From assembly GCA_040753915.1 (NCBI GenBank), contig JBFMDN010000012.1, forward strand, positions 1-64,000: a stretch of DNA of 64,000 nt, written 5' to 3'. Position 1 is the first letter of the stretch, and each line of letters starts with the position of its first letter. A program made the translations under genes and the position numbers. The notes under the pieces were generated by a model. It was given only the letters and a program-made list of their open reading frames with translations. It did no database searches and was not told the DNA's origin. This DNA is from Thermodesulfobacteriota bacterium (lineage in GTDB: Bacteria > Desulfobacterota > Desulfomonilia > Desulfomonilales > Desulfomonilaceae). This document shows, one piece after another, positions 30,567-41,755 of the stretch.

Positions 30567-32330
30567 CTAGAACACGCCCTTGACCTTGCCTGTTTCCACA
30601 TCAACGTCGACCCTGCGGAACGCGGGATTGGAACTAGTTCCGGGCATGAGAGAAATCGCTCCTGCCACTGGCACGACGAATCCTGCTCCACGATAGGTGA
30701 GGATGTCTCTGACGGGCAGTGTCCATCCCTTGGGTACTCCCTTGAGGTTCGGGTCGTGGGAGAGACTCAAATGGGTCTTGACCATGCAGGTTCCGAGCTT
30801 GGAGAGCTCCGGATCCGCTTCCATCTTCTTCGCCTTTGCTTCTGCCTCCGCGGTGTAGCTCACACCGTCTGCGCCGTAGACCTCTTTGGCAATAAGCTCG
30901 ATCCTCTGACGCAGAGGAACATCGAGCTCGTATAGGAGCTTGAATTCATTGGGCTCATTGCAAGCATCGATGACTGCGTCGGCAAACTCTAACGCGCCTT
31001 CGCCACCCTTGAGCCAGTGCTCCGATACCGCCACGCGAGCGCCCTCGGCCTCTGCCAGCCTCTTCACGGCCGCAATCTCATCCTTGGTGTCGGTATAGAA
31101 TGAGTTAATGCAAACCACGGGATTGATACCGGCCTTCTTCACCGTCCTGATGTGATGCAAAAGGTTACTGCATCCTTGCTCGACCCAGCCTACATTCTCG
31201 CCCTCGTATTCCTTCGGCATCGGCAAGCCCGGTCTAGGTACCGGGGCGCCGCCGTGGCACTTCAGGGCCCGGATTGTCGCTACGACAACTGCGCAATTGG
31301 GCTTCAGTCCTGAGAAGCGGCACTTAAGGTTCCAAAACTTCTCGAAGCCGATATCCGCTCCGAATCCGGATTCGGTTACATGATAATCTGACAGCTTCAA
31401 CCCTATTCGATCTGCGATGATGGAAGACTGGCCGATTGCAATGTTCGCGAAGGGGCCGGCATGCACGAACACGGGCTGTCCTTCGATAGACTGGAGAAGG
31501 TTCGGATTGAGCGCCTCCACCATCCAGGCAGTCATGGCACCGTCAACTTCGAGGTCCGCAGTAGTGACCGGGGCACCACTCTTGTTATACGCGACCACGA
31601 TCTTAGACATACGCTCGCGCATGTCCTTGAGGTCCGTGGAAACTGCCAGGATAGCCATGATTTCGGACGAGACTGCGATGCCAAAGGACGACCGCATCAT
31701 AAAGCCGTCCATCTTGCCGCCGATCCCGATAATAATGTTGCGCAGCGCCTGAGCACAGAAGTCGATGATCCAGCCGAATTCCACATTACGGGGATCAATG
31801 TTCAGCCGGGGCATCCCTCTCTTTGCCCATTCTTCGTCATCATAATTGAATTCATGCTGCATGCGAGCCGTGAGAGCCACCATCGCCAGGTTGTGCGCAT
31901 TCATGATAGCGTTGATGTCCCCCGTAAGCCCGAGAGAGAACGGCGTCAGCGGGATGCATTGTGCCAGTCCGCCTCCAGCCGCGGAACCTTTGATATTCAT
32001 GGTGGGACCGCCCGAAGGCTGCCGGATAGCCGCGACCACGTTCTTGCCCCGCTTGCCCAGCCCTTGCACAAGACCCATGGAACTGGTGGATTTTCCTTCT
32101 CCCAGTGGCGTGGGAGTGATTGCGGTGACGTCGATGTACTTTCCATCAGGTCTATCCTTGAGTCGATTAAGGACCTTCTTGAAATCGACTTTTGCCACAT
32201 AATGCCCGTGCGGCAGGAGCTCTTCGTCAAGGAGCCCCATTTCGTCTCTGAGCTGATACACCGTCTTCATAGTTTTTTCGGCTTCTTCGGCTATCTGCCA
32301 GTCAGCCATCTTGGTCGGATCCAGAGCCAT
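30567..32330 (-). CDS. fhs: Formate--tetrahydrofolate ligase
   Basis: Homology is strong along the full length, including '[15 protein letters not shown]' and '[11 protein letters not shown]'. Confidence 0.9.
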   Translation of the reverse strand: MALDPTKMADWQIAEEAEKTMKTVYQLRDEMGLLDEELLPHGHYVAKVDFKKVLNRLKDRPDGKYIDVTAITPTPLGEGKSTSSMGLVQGLGKRGKNVVAAIRQPSGGPTMNIKGSAAGGGLAQCIPLTPFSLGLTGDINAIMNAHNLAMVALTARMQHEFNYDDEEWAKRGMPRLNIDPRNVEFGWIIDFCAQALRNIIIGIGGKMDGFMMRSSFGIAVSSEIMAILAVSTDLKDMRERMSKIVVAYNKSGAPVTTADLEVDGAMTAWMVEALNPNLLQSIEGQPVFVHAGPFANIAIGQSSIIADRIGLKLSDYHVTESGFGADIGFEKFWNLKCRFSGLKPNCAVVVATIRALKCHGGAPVPRPGLPMPKEYEGENVGWVEQGCSNLLHHIRTVKKAGINPVVCINSFYTDTKDEIAAVKRLAEAEGARVAVSEHWLKGGEGALEFADAVIDACNEPNEFKLLYELDVPLRQRIELIAKEVYGADGVSYTAEAEAKAKKMEADPELSKLGTCMVKTHLSLSHDPNLKGVPKGWTLPVRDILTYRGAGFVVPVAGAISLMPGTSSNPAFRRVDVDVETGKVKGVF

Positions 32331-32512
32331 AGATACCTCCTCTAATACAGTTCGCAGCGCTTCACAACGCCGCTATTCATTGTTTGGTTCACGAGAGAGT
32401 GATCTTCATACGTGGGCGAGAAAACTTAGGTATTTTAATCTCTCCCGGCAAACATAGCAAGGGAAAAAGCCCCGTGCCGCCACGCGCAAGCCTCAGCACG
32501 GTGGGAGTAGGT

Positions 32513-33322
32513 TCAGCATTCCCGAAGGAATGTTGCTGCATTTCTGAAGACCGCCAAGCCTTCCCCCTCCTCAGGAAGGTCCAGTCTCGTCCACGAGGGA
32601 TGGTTGACCCGATGCACAAAGGCCTCAGGATGGGGCATCAACCCGAAAACTCTGCCGGTAGGGTCGCACAAACCTGCAATTGCATGATTGGAGCCGTTCG
32701 GATTATATGGATACTCCATGGTGGCCTCACCGTCGGAAGACGCCACGTACCGCACTACCGCCTGGTGAGTGTCCAGGAGGCGATCCACCAACGACGCCCC
32801 CCCTGCTACGATTTTCCCTTCTCCATGACGGACCGGAAGATAGAGCCGCTTCAATCCTCTGGTGAATACGCACGGCGAGTTCCTGTCCACAGCGAGATGC
32901 ACCCATCGATCTTCAAATCGTCCGCTGTCATTCGCCGTGATGGAAATCTCCCGTCGCGTGTAATCACCGGTGGAGGCAGGGAGCATCCCAAGCTTGGTCA
33001 GGAGCTGAAAGCCGTTGCAGATTCCCAGCACGAGCCCGCCCTTGTGCACGAACTGCACCAAACGATCTATCAGACGCTCCTCCCCTATCCTCGAGTGGCG
33101 AATCCGGTTGGCGCACGCCTGTGCAGCCCCGAGATCGTCTCCGTCCAGGAAGCCGCCCGGGAACACTGCCATCTGATACGACCTGGGATCCACATCCCCT
33201 GACACGAGGAAATTGAGATGGACCAAGTCCACCTGATCGAATCCAGCCATCTCCAGGGCATGTTGCGTCTCGATTTCGCAGTTAATCCCGTGACCGGTAG
33301 TCACCAGTGCCTGTATCTTCAT
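32513..33322 (-). CDS. purQ: Phosphoribosylformylglycinamidine synthase glutaminase subunit (PurQ-like class I GATase)
   Basis: 'GICNGFQLL' is the catalytic Cys motif and 'FGLMPHPEAF' the His/Glu motif. Confidence 0.7.
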   Translation of the reverse strand: MKIQALVTTGHGINCEIETQHALEMAGFDQVDLVHLNFLVSGDVDPRSYQMAVFPGGFLDGDDLGAAQACANRIRHSRIGEERLIDRLVQFVHKGGLVLGICNGFQLLTKLGMLPASTGDYTRREISITANDSGRFEDRWVHLAVDRNSPCVFTRGLKRLYLPVRHGEGKIVAGGASLVDRLLDTHQAVVRYVASSDGEATMEYPYNPNGSNHAIAGLCDPTGRVFGLMPHPEAFVHRVNHPSWTRLDLPEEGEGLAVFRNAATFLREC

Positions 33323-33880
33323 GTGATCACTCACGCTCACTCATTTTCATCGCAGCCTTCTGTCCAAGGGGTCACAGCGGTTGTCCCAGGTGTCACGCCT
33401 TTCCCAAAGGTTCTACCTATCGCAGCCCGCGCGTGAATCCAGCACCCGTATCTCTGGGGCAAACAAGCGATATCTCTACCTCGGATGAGGCAGTCTCGCG
33501 CCTGGAAACAATACCCCAATCTTTCTCGCTTTTGAAGCGTTCGAGCATGGAAGGCGCGCGTGAGCAGCGAGGACAGGAGCCACGTCAGGAAGGTTCCGCA
33601 CGGCACGTTGTGTGTATGTCAAGCAACCATGGGGATCAATGCCCTCTCGTCGGTGACTGTGCTCGGAACTCCCGTGAGAGGAGCGTGGCGGTTCCCGTTT
33701 CCGAGCTCAACCCTGGGTAGGCATCTCCCCCGCTTTGTCATTTCCCGTGATCCACGCCCGGCAGTCTCTCCGCCGAGCTTTCCGATGCCCTTGAACAGCC
33801 ACCGGCACCGCACCACATGCTCCTTCGGCCGTCAGCACGTGCCTTCAGGCAGGGCGCCCGCGTGTCGCCAAGACACAGGA

Positions 33881-35326
33881 CTAGAAGAGCGGCTTCACGG
33901 ACTTGAGTGCAAGGTCCAAATACGTCGTCGGAAAAATCCCAATATACAGGACCGCTACCACGGCAATACCCAGCGCCACCAGCATTCCCGGATCGAACTC
34001 CAACCGGGCAGGGGTCCTGTCCGGAACTTCCATATACATCTTCATAATAACCCGGAAATAGTAGAATACTGAGGCAGCGCTCGTAAGGACACCCACTACG
34101 ACGAGCCATATATATCCCTGGCTCACGGCAGCGCCGAAGATAGCGAACTTGCCCACAAAACCGGCTGTCGGCGGCATCCCTGCCAGTGAGAACATGAACA
34201 CAGACATTACCAGGGCAAGCAATGGATTCTGGTTAGCAAGCCCGCGGTAATCATCGATAAGCACATTGGCCTCTCCCTTGCGTCCTACCAGAGCCACGAC
34301 TCCGAATGCCCCAATGTTGGTGAACGTGTACGCAAGCAGGTAATAGAGCACACCCGCTGTTCCCTGTTCGTTTCCCGCGACCATGCCGACGAGAATATAC
34401 CCCGCGTGTGCGATGCTCGAATACGCCAGCATCCTCTTGATGTTGTCCTGCACCAATGCAGCCAGGTTTCCCAGGATCATTGTCAGGAACGCGACCATCC
34501 ACAGGATCTGCGTCCAATCTGCCTGGAATGCGGGAAGAGCGTCAAAGAAGACACGCACAAACGCGGCAAATGCGGCAGCTTTGACTCCCACAGACATGAA
34601 CCCTGTTATGGGAGTGGGTGCACCTTCATACACGTCGGGCGTCCACATGTGAAAGGGGACAGCACCGACCTTGAACCCGAAGCCGATGAGCAGCAGTCCA
34701 GTGCCCACAAATGCCAGAGACGACGCATTGCCCGACTGCATGTATTTCATGATCGCTGGCAGCCCCAGGGAACCGGCGGATCCGTAAAGCAGCGCTGCCC
34801 CATAGAGGAAGATAGCGCTGGAAAAGCCCCCAAGCACAAGATACTTCAAAGCACCCTCGCTGGACTTCTGGTTACCCGGAAGGACGCCCGTGAGGATGTA
34901 TACGCTCATGGAAAGGGTCTCCAAACCTACGAATATGGTGAGCAAATGGTTTCCGGACACCATGAACATCATGCCCACCGCTGCAAAGAGAAGCAGCACG
35001 AAATATTCGGGGAGCCGCAATTCATCGTCAGCCATGTATCTTACCGAGATTAAAACAGTAAGACCAGTGGCTAAAAGAATCAGGAGGTTGAAAAACCAGG
35101 TGTATGTATCCACTACCACCAGACCTGAGAAAGACTCCTGATTGGCCGTTCGCAGAGGACCGTTGGCCATTCCTGCTATCAGGACTCCGACCACACTTAT
35201 GATGGCGGGAACCGTTATCGCACCCTTCCGGATGAATAAGCCCGCGATGAGGACCACAACGCCAGCAATACCAAGAATGACCGCCGGCAGAATGCCTCCT
35301 AGATTGATCTCGGGAACTGGGATCAT
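33881..35326 (-). CDS. nuoN: NADH-quinone oxidoreductase subunit N
   Basis: Polytopic antiporter-like subunit at the end of the nuo operon. Confidence 0.85.
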   Translation of the reverse strand: MIPVPEINLGGILPAVILGIAGVVVLIAGLFIRKGAITVPAIISVVGVLIAGMANGPLRTANQESFSGLVVVDTYTWFFNLLILLATGLTVLISVRYMADDELRLPEYFVLLLFAAVGMMFMVSGNHLLTIFVGLETLSMSVYILTGVLPGNQKSSEGALKYLVLGGFSSAIFLYGAALLYGSAGSLGLPAIMKYMQSGNASSLAFVGTGLLLIGFGFKVGAVPFHMWTPDVYEGAPTPITGFMSVGVKAAAFAAFVRVFFDALPAFQADWTQILWMVAFLTMILGNLAALVQDNIKRMLAYSSIAHAGYILVGMVAGNEQGTAGVLYYLLAYTFTNIGAFGVVALVGRKGEANVLIDDYRGLANQNPLLALVMSVFMFSLAGMPPTAGFVGKFAIFGAAVSQGYIWLVVVGVLTSAASVFYYFRVIMKMYMEVPDRTPARLEFDPGMLVALGIAVVAVLYIGIFPTTYLDLALKSVKPLF

Positions 35327-35360
35327 ACACTTCGCTCCTAATCCGCGTAATCTCTCGCTA

Positions 35361-36953
35361 TCAGCGGCCGATCGTCTCGAGTGATGATGTCACGGCAATT
35401 GTCGTCCCATTACCGGCTGACTTCTGTTTCGCCTTTTCCAGGTCTAAAACGGCCGCTCTCTTCTTTTCAACCACCTGGATGAAATTCTTCACCGAGGGCT
35501 CCATGGGCTTGAGAAACGTGTTCGGGTACACGCCGATCCAAACACAAAACACCACGATCGGAGCCAGAATTACGAACTCCCTTCCGCTGAGATCTTTGAG
35601 CGACAGGTTTTTCGGGTTGGTCACTTCTCCGAACATCACGCGCTGGAACATCCAGAGCATGTACACTGCGGCAAAGATTACACCTGTTGCCCCAAACACC
35701 GCGTACCACGGATAGACTTTGAAGGTGCCAACGAGAATGAGGAATTCTCCCACAAATCCGTTTAGCCCAGGCAGCCCAACGGAGGAGAGCGTGAAAATCA
35801 TAAAGAATACAGCGTACATCGGCATGACTTTCGAGATCCCGCCGTACTCGGCTATCAAGCGGGTGTGTCGTCGTTCATAGATCATGCCGACGATAAGAAA
35901 CAGAGCGCCTGTGCTCAAGCCATGATTCACCATCTGGATGATGCTCCCCTCCACCCCTTGAGCGGTAAAGGCAAACATCCCCAGCATGACGAACCCCAGG
36001 TGGCTGACACTGGAAAAGGCGACGAGCCGCTTCACATCCGCCTGCACCATGGCCACCCAGGCGCCGTATATTATTCCGATCACCGCGAGGAGGCAAATCC
36101 ACCAGGCTGCGTCCAGTGCAGCATTGGGAAAAAGCGGAATAGCGTACCGGATGAACCCGTACGTCCCCATCTTCAGGAGGACCGCCGCCAGCATCACGCT
36201 TCCTACGGTGGGAGCCTCGGTGTGCGCGTCAGGGAGCCATGTGTGGAAGGGGAACATGGGTACCTTGATGGCGAATGCCAAGAAGAAAGCCAGGAACATC
36301 CAGTACTGAGCGTGGGTGGGAACAGGGAATTCGTAGAGCTTGAGTAGATCAAACGTGTACCCTTCCCCACCTGCTCCGGCCATGAAATACAGGGCCAGAA
36401 TTGCGACAAGCATCAGGAGGCTTCCCACAACGGTGTAGAGCACGAACTTTATGGCTGCATACAGCCTTCTGGCAGGATTGCCCCACACTCCTATGAGGAG
36501 ATACATGGGAATGAGCATAATCTCCCAGAAAACGTAAAAGAGGAAGAGATCGAGGGCCACGAACACACCGATCATTCCCGTCTGCAAAACGAGCAGGGAG
36601 ATGAGAAACTCCTTGACCCTGTGTTGGATGTCGTTCCATGCGGCCAAGACGCAGATTGGGCCCAGAAACGTCGTAAGTAGGACGAGAAAGAGGCTTATTC
36701 CGTCAATACCAAGCTTGTACGAGATCCCCCAATCCCTGACCCACGGATGGCTCTCAACCAGTTGCATGGTTGCGGTTGAAGAATCGAACATGAAATACGC
36801 GGCGAGGCTCACCGCAAAGTCCGCCAACATGAACACCAGAGCTATCCAGCGCAGGGTTTCTCGACTCTCCCTATTAATGAAGAGGAGAATTGCCGCGCCA
36901 ACCAAGGGAAGGAACGTGGTGTAACTGAGTACGGGGAAGGAAGCGTTCTCCAT
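35361..36953 (-). CDS. nuoM: NADH-quinone oxidoreductase subunit M
   Basis: Antiporter-like subunit, about 530 aa, in nuo operon order. Confidence 0.85.
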   Translation of the reverse strand: MENASFPVLSYTTFLPLVGAAILLFINRESRETLRWIALVFMLADFAVSLAAYFMFDSSTATMQLVESHPWVRDWGISYKLGIDGISLFLVLLTTFLGPICVLAAWNDIQHRVKEFLISLLVLQTGMIGVFVALDLFLFYVFWEIMLIPMYLLIGVWGNPARRLYAAIKFVLYTVVGSLLMLVAILALYFMAGAGGEGYTFDLLKLYEFPVPTHAQYWMFLAFFLAFAIKVPMFPFHTWLPDAHTEAPTVGSVMLAAVLLKMGTYGFIRYAIPLFPNAALDAAWWICLLAVIGIIYGAWVAMVQADVKRLVAFSSVSHLGFVMLGMFAFTAQGVEGSIIQMVNHGLSTGALFLIVGMIYERRHTRLIAEYGGISKVMPMYAVFFMIFTLSSVGLPGLNGFVGEFLILVGTFKVYPWYAVFGATGVIFAAVYMLWMFQRVMFGEVTNPKNLSLKDLSGREFVILAPIVVFCVWIGVYPNTFLKPMEPSVKNFIQVVEKKRAAVLDLEKAKQKSAGNGTTIAVTSSLETIGR

Positions 36954-36973
36954 GAGAGGAATTCCTCCATGTC

Positions 36974-38914
36974 CTATCGCAGGACGAGATAACCGATGAC
37001 AAAAACGACCCCTACCAGGATCGAGAGTGCATAATCCTTGACAACACCCGACTGAAGCCTCCGCAGGACGGCGCCCCAGCCTCTGGCTATGCGTGCTGTT
37101 CCGTTGACGATGCCGTCGATCACCGCGTCGTCAAACATTTTCCAGAGAAACTGGGAGAATCGCACAATCGAGTTAACGAACAAGATGTCGTAAATCTCAT
37201 CAACCCAGTACTTGTTGTACACGAGCTTGTGCAGTCCCGGAAATCTCTCCACCATTCTCTGAGCTGCCCCGGGCTCTGTCAGGTACATCCATCGCGCGTA
37301 GAAGAACCCCGCAATGGCTATGGCAAGGGACACGCCCATGAGGGTCAATTCCAGCGCCACACTGTGATGCGCAGCCGCGTGCTCCCCCTTGAGGACAGCT
37401 TCTGCAGGGGCAAAGACCGGAGCCAGAAAATCGCCGAACACGTGCCAACCCTTCAATATGGGGATTCCGACGAATCCCCCCACCAGCGACAGCACAGCGA
37501 GTATCATCAGCGGTACGGTCATGATCGGGGGAGACTCGTGCAAGTGATGGGCAGCTTCAGGCTCCACGCGGGATTCTCCGTAAAAGGTCATGAAGACCGA
37601 TCTGAACATGTAAAAGGAGGTCATGAGCGCAGCAACTGCGCCAACGATCCAGAACCCCGCTCCGCGCTCGAAGGCAAAAAAGAGGATCTCATCTTTGCTG
37701 AAAAAGCCTGCGAACGGTAGGATCCCCGCTATGGCCAACGTTCCGAACAGATAGGTCCAATGAGTATGCGGCAGGTGGCTCTTCAGAGCCCCCATTTTTC
37801 GCATGTCCAGCTCGCCGCTCATCGCGTGCATCACGCTGCCGGCAGCCAGGAAGAGCAGGGCCTTGAAAAAGGCGTGGGTCATGAGATGAAATATACCCGT
37901 GGCAAAGGCGCCGACGCCGCATGCCAGGAACATGTATCCCAACTGGCTGATGGTGGAATATGCCAGGACCCGCTTGATGTCGAATTGCGTGATGCCAATG
38001 GTCGCCGCATAGAATGCAGTGGCAGCGCCAATAACGGCAACGACCGAAAGCGAGATAGGCGCCAACGCGAAGAGGATGCTGCAGCGGGCAACCATGTACA
38101 CACCCGCGGTAACCATCGTGGCAGCATGGATCAGGGCGCTGACCGGTGTCGGGCCCTCCATCGCGTCGGGGAGCCATGTGTACAGCGGGATCTGAGCGGA
38201 TTTTCCCGTGGCACCGACGAAAAGGAGAAGAGTGATCAGGGTAACCAGCAGTCCTCCCTGTGCCAGCTTAGCGTGGGCTTCCGAGAAAACCTGAGTGAAA
38301 TCAAATGTTCCGAAGGTGACGAAGATGAGGAACATCCCGATAAGGAACCCGAAATCACCCACCCGGTTTACGACAAAGGCCTTCTTGCCGGCATCGGCAG
38401 CAGACTTCTTCTCATAATAGTAGCCGATGAGCAGGTACGAGCACAGCCCGACTCCCTCCCAGCCCACGAAAAGCAGAAGGAAGTTGTTGCTCGACACCAG
38501 GATGAGCATGTTGAACACGAAGAGGTTCAGGTATGCAAAGAAGCGTCTGAATCCTAACTCTCCGTGCATGTACCCAATGGAGTACACGTGAATGACGAAG
38601 CCAACGCCACTGACGACGAGCATCATGACCGTGCTGAGAGGATCAACGAGAAATCCGATAGGCACGTTCAGATCTCCAGAGATGATCCACGTGTACACCA
38701 CTTTCTGGACGGAGCGAGAGCCCGGATCCATTCCGAGAAGCTCCAGGAAAATCGACACAGCTATGACAAAAGAAGCTCCTACGGATAAGGATCCTATCCA
38801 TCCGATGGCCTTTTCCGAGAATGCTTTGCCGATTAGCCCGTTGATCGCAAATCCGATCAAGGGGAAAACAGGTATCAGCCAGACCAGATCAATCATTCCA
38901 GGCTCCCAATGCAA
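36974..38914 (-). CDS. nuoL: NADH-quinone oxidoreductase subunit L
   Basis: Antiporter-like subunit, 646 aa, with a long C-terminal helix region. Confidence 0.85.
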   Translation of the reverse strand: MHWEPGMIDLVWLIPVFPLIGFAINGLIGKAFSEKAIGWIGSLSVGASFVIAVSIFLELLGMDPGSRSVQKVVYTWIISGDLNVPIGFLVDPLSTVMMLVVSGVGFVIHVYSIGYMHGELGFRRFFAYLNLFVFNMLILVSSNNFLLLFVGWEGVGLCSYLLIGYYYEKKSAADAGKKAFVVNRVGDFGFLIGMFLIFVTFGTFDFTQVFSEAHAKLAQGGLLVTLITLLLFVGATGKSAQIPLYTWLPDAMEGPTPVSALIHAATMVTAGVYMVARCSILFALAPISLSVVAVIGAATAFYAATIGITQFDIKRVLAYSTISQLGYMFLACGVGAFATGIFHLMTHAFFKALLFLAAGSVMHAMSGELDMRKMGALKSHLPHTHWTYLFGTLAIAGILPFAGFFSKDEILFFAFERGAGFWIVGAVAALMTSFYMFRSVFMTFYGESRVEPEAAHHLHESPPIMTVPLMILAVLSLVGGFVGIPILKGWHVFGDFLAPVFAPAEAVLKGEHAAAHHSVALELTLMGVSLAIAIAGFFYARWMYLTEPGAAQRMVERFPGLHKLVYNKYWVDEIYDILFVNSIVRFSQFLWKMFDDAVIDGIVNGTARIARGWGAVLRRLQSGVVKDYALSILVGVVFVIGYLVLR

Positions 38915-38966
38915 TAGTGCGGGACATCATGCTCGATTTGGCGCCGGTCCATGCCCGCGGTTTTGC

Positions 38967-39269
38967 TTACCACTTCATGAGACTCATTTCGTTCACGTTC
39001 GCAGTGCCCTTCTCCCGGAAGATGGCTACCGCTATTGCCAGTCCCACAGCAACCTCAGCGGCGGCCACCACCATGGTGAAGAGAACAAACACCTGTCCTT
39101 CCATGGAATTCAGAGTGTGGGAAAACGCCACGAAGCTCAGGTTAACCGCGTTGAGCATCAGCTCGAGGGACATGAGGATGACGATCACATTTCTGCGGAT
39201 CATCACTCCGATCATCCCTATAGTAAACAGCAGAGCAGACAAGAATAGGTAGTGTTCCAACGTGATCAT
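38967..39269 (-). CDS. nuoK: NADH-quinone oxidoreductase subunit K
   Basis: 100-aa three-TM protein with '[10 protein letters not shown]...[10 protein letters not shown]'. Confidence 0.85.
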   Translation of the reverse strand: MITLEHYLFLSALLFTIGMIGVMIRRNVIVILMSLELMLNAVNLSFVAFSHTLNSMEGQVFVLFTMVVAAAEVAVGLAIAVAIFREKGTANVNEMSLMKW

Positions 39270-39307
39270 TTGTGTTCATCCCATGTCAAATTGGAGAGAG
39301 AGGGACG

Positions 39308-39844
39308 CTATCCCTTCGTCGCTCCTGTGGACCTCTTCCGCGCAAGGATCACCGCGCCCACTATCGCCGCCAGCAAGAGTATGGAGACGATTTCAAAGGG
39401 GAGCAGGTATGTCGTGAACAGCTCCCTGGCCAATATCTCCGTATTGCTCATCTCGGGCACCGCCGCGGGAGCGCCTATCTGAGGCGCCCTCGGAATCACC
39501 GCTGTCAGGACAGGCCCGATCATCGTCAGCACACCCAGTGCCAGGACTGCCCCTATCCACCAGCGTGCCGACTTCGCGTCCGCCTGGAAGATCGTGGGAC
39601 CAAGATTCAGAAGCATGATCACGAACAGGAAGAGGACCATGACGGCTCCAGCGTACACCACGAGCTGTACCATGGCCACAAATTCGGCCCTCAGCATGAG
39701 AAACAGGCCCGCGAGGCTGACCATTGCAAGAATCATGAAGACGACGTTATGAACGGGTCTGCGGAGAAAAACCACACAAAGTGCCGAGACCGTTACGATT
39801 ACGGCCAGTACATAAAACAGCACCGCTTCCATCAGGGTATACAT
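39308..39844 (-). CDS. nuoJ: NADH-quinone oxidoreductase subunit J
   Basis: Size and TM pattern fit NuoJ. The gene order also fits. Confidence 0.8.
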   Translation of the reverse strand: MYTLMEAVLFYVLAVIVTVSALCVVFLRRPVHNVVFMILAMVSLAGLFLMLRAEFVAMVQLVVYAGAVMVLFLFVIMLLNLGPTIFQADAKSARWWIGAVLALGVLTMIGPVLTAVIPRAPQIGAPAAVPEMSNTEILARELFTTYLLPFEIVSILLLAAIVGAVILARKRSTGATKG

Positions 39845-40189
39845 ACCTCCATCGACGGACTGACCTGTCCCGCTGCCACCGCTGTCCCTCAGGGCCGCTC
39901 GACGGCCCAGTCCGCATCGACTCCACTATGGGCGACGCTCGACTCGGATCAACCAGAGAGGAGTGGAAGATCTCCTGCACCCGTCCGTCAGAGTCATTCC
40001 CAAATGTGTTTACCTACTCACCTACTTACGTGTTTACCTATTCATCCGTGTGCGTAGCGGTCCCTAAACTCCACAGCACCGCGGGCTACGGCATCATCCT
40101 TGGCCGTCAGTTCGGCCTGCCATGATCCTTTGTCACTCGACCACGCACCTGGAGATCCCTCGTCACGTTGCGACGCGTGTGCCTTTCTT

Positions 40190-40627
40190 TCAGCTTGCCA
40201 CCTTCTTCTTGGCCTCGTACCTCGGCTGCGGAGGCTCCAGAAGCTGCTCTTTGTCGAGAATCAACCCCTCCCGGCTGTAGGCCGAGATCTCATATTCCGT
40301 CGTCATCTCGATGGCTTCTTTCGGGCACACCTCCACGCAATAGCCGCAAAAGATGCATCGTCCCAGGTCGATCACGTATTTCTCCGGATACTTCCTGTTG
40401 TCCGGCTCAGCCGCGCCCTCGATGTAGATGCACTGCGCCGGGCACACGGTGGCACAGAGCATGCAAGCGACACACTTGATCTTTCCCGACGCATGCTTCG
40501 TCAGAACATGCCGGCCCCTCCATCGGGGTGCAACGTCCCACTTCTCCTCAGGATATCGGAGAGTAACTTTGGGGCTGAAGAAGTAATCCAGTGTCAGCTT
40601 GAGTCCCTGAAGAAGGGGTTTGATCAT
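40190..40627 (-). CDS. nuoI: NADH-quinone oxidoreductase subunit I (2x[4Fe-4S])
   Basis: 'CVACMLCATVCPAQCI' and 'CIFCGYCVEVCP' are present. Confidence 0.85.
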   Translation of the reverse strand: MIKPLLQGLKLTLDYFFSPKVTLRYPEEKWDVAPRWRGRHVLTKHASGKIKCVACMLCATVCPAQCIYIEGAAEPDNRKYPEKYVIDLGRCIFCGYCVEVCPKEAIEMTTEYEISAYSREGLILDKEQLLEPPQPRYEAKKKVAS

Positions 40628-40694
40628 TTTTCTCCGTCCTCACGTATGGTTGGGCACACTGTCCGTGCACAAGTAGGATCCATTGCCGATGTCC

Positions 40695-41735
40695 TCATCC
40701 TACGTGGCGCTGAAGCCACAGGGTGTAGAGGAAGGCAGTGAGCATAACGTTGAACAGTCCGGCCGGTACCAGCACCTTCCAGCCCAAGCTCATGACCCTG
40801 TCATACCGCAATCTCGGGTACGTCCCACGAATCCATACGAACACGAACACCCAGAAAAACGTCTTGAGCAGGAACCAGACCACCGGGGGAAGCACGGGTC
40901 CCTGCCATCCCCCAAAGTAAAGGGTCGTAATAAGGGAGCTCATGAACAGCAGATGCGCGTACTCTCCCAGGTAAAACAGCCCGAATTTCATTGAGCTATA
41001 TTCTGTCTGGTAGCCAGCCACCAGCTCGTTTTCGCACTCCAACAAATCGAAAGGCGTGCGCCCTATGTCCGCCGATCCCGCTATAAGCAGCAGGAGGAAC
41101 CCAAGAGGTTGTCGGAAAATATACCATTTCCAAATTGAATCCTGGGACTGCACGATCTCGACAAGGCTCAGAGTCCCTGCCAGCATAAGCACCCCTATGA
41201 CGGCGAGGGCCAGCCCGAGCTCATAGCTTATCATCTGTGCCCCGGCTCGTATCGCTCCCAGAAGCGAATACTTGTTGTTGGAGGACCAACCGCCAAGTAT
41301 GACACCGTATGCACCCAGGGACGTTACGGCAAAGATGAACAGGATGCCCACGTTCATGTCTGAGATCACGCCCTGGTTCAGGCCGTACCGGTCTGCGGCC
41401 GGTCCCAGGATCCTATCCAGACCCAATCCCTGTGCGAACGGTATCACTGCAAACGGTGTCAAAGCGCATGTCACGACAATGAGGGGAGCGAGCACGTAAA
41501 TGAACTTATTCGCTCCAGAGACCGTTATCTCCTCCTTCAGCAAGAGCTTTGCCCCGTCTGCAAGCGGCTGAAGCAGCCCCCACGGCCCGACGCGGTTCGG
41601 TCCCAGCCTCACCTGGATCCACCCAAGGACTTTGCGCTCCAGCAGGGTGAGGTATGCGACAAAGGTCAATACTGCCCCGATGAAGATCAGGATCTTAATA
41701 ATCAGGAATATCACTGCCGGAATCGTGCCTTCCAT
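40695..41735 (-). CDS. nuoH: NADH-quinone oxidoreductase subunit H
   Basis: NuoH/ND1-like. The start was trimmed to the ATG at 41735 to avoid overlap with nuoG. Confidence 0.8.
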   Translation of the reverse strand: MEGTIPAVIFLIIKILIFIGAVLTFVAYLTLLERKVLGWIQVRLGPNRVGPWGLLQPLADGAKLLLKEEITVSGANKFIYVLAPLIVVTCALTPFAVIPFAQGLGLDRILGPAADRYGLNQGVISDMNVGILFIFAVTSLGAYGVILGGWSSNNKYSLLGAIRAGAQMISYELGLALAVIGVLMLAGTLSLVEIVQSQDSIWKWYIFRQPLGFLLLLIAGSADIGRTPFDLLECENELVAGYQTEYSSMKFGLFYLGEYAHLLFMSSLITTLYFGGWQGPVLPPVVWFLLKTFFWVFVFVWIRGTYPRLRYDRVMSLGWKVLVPAGLFNVMLTAFLYTLWLQRHVG

Positions 41736-41755
41736 ACGTAAAACCTCGCCGGTAT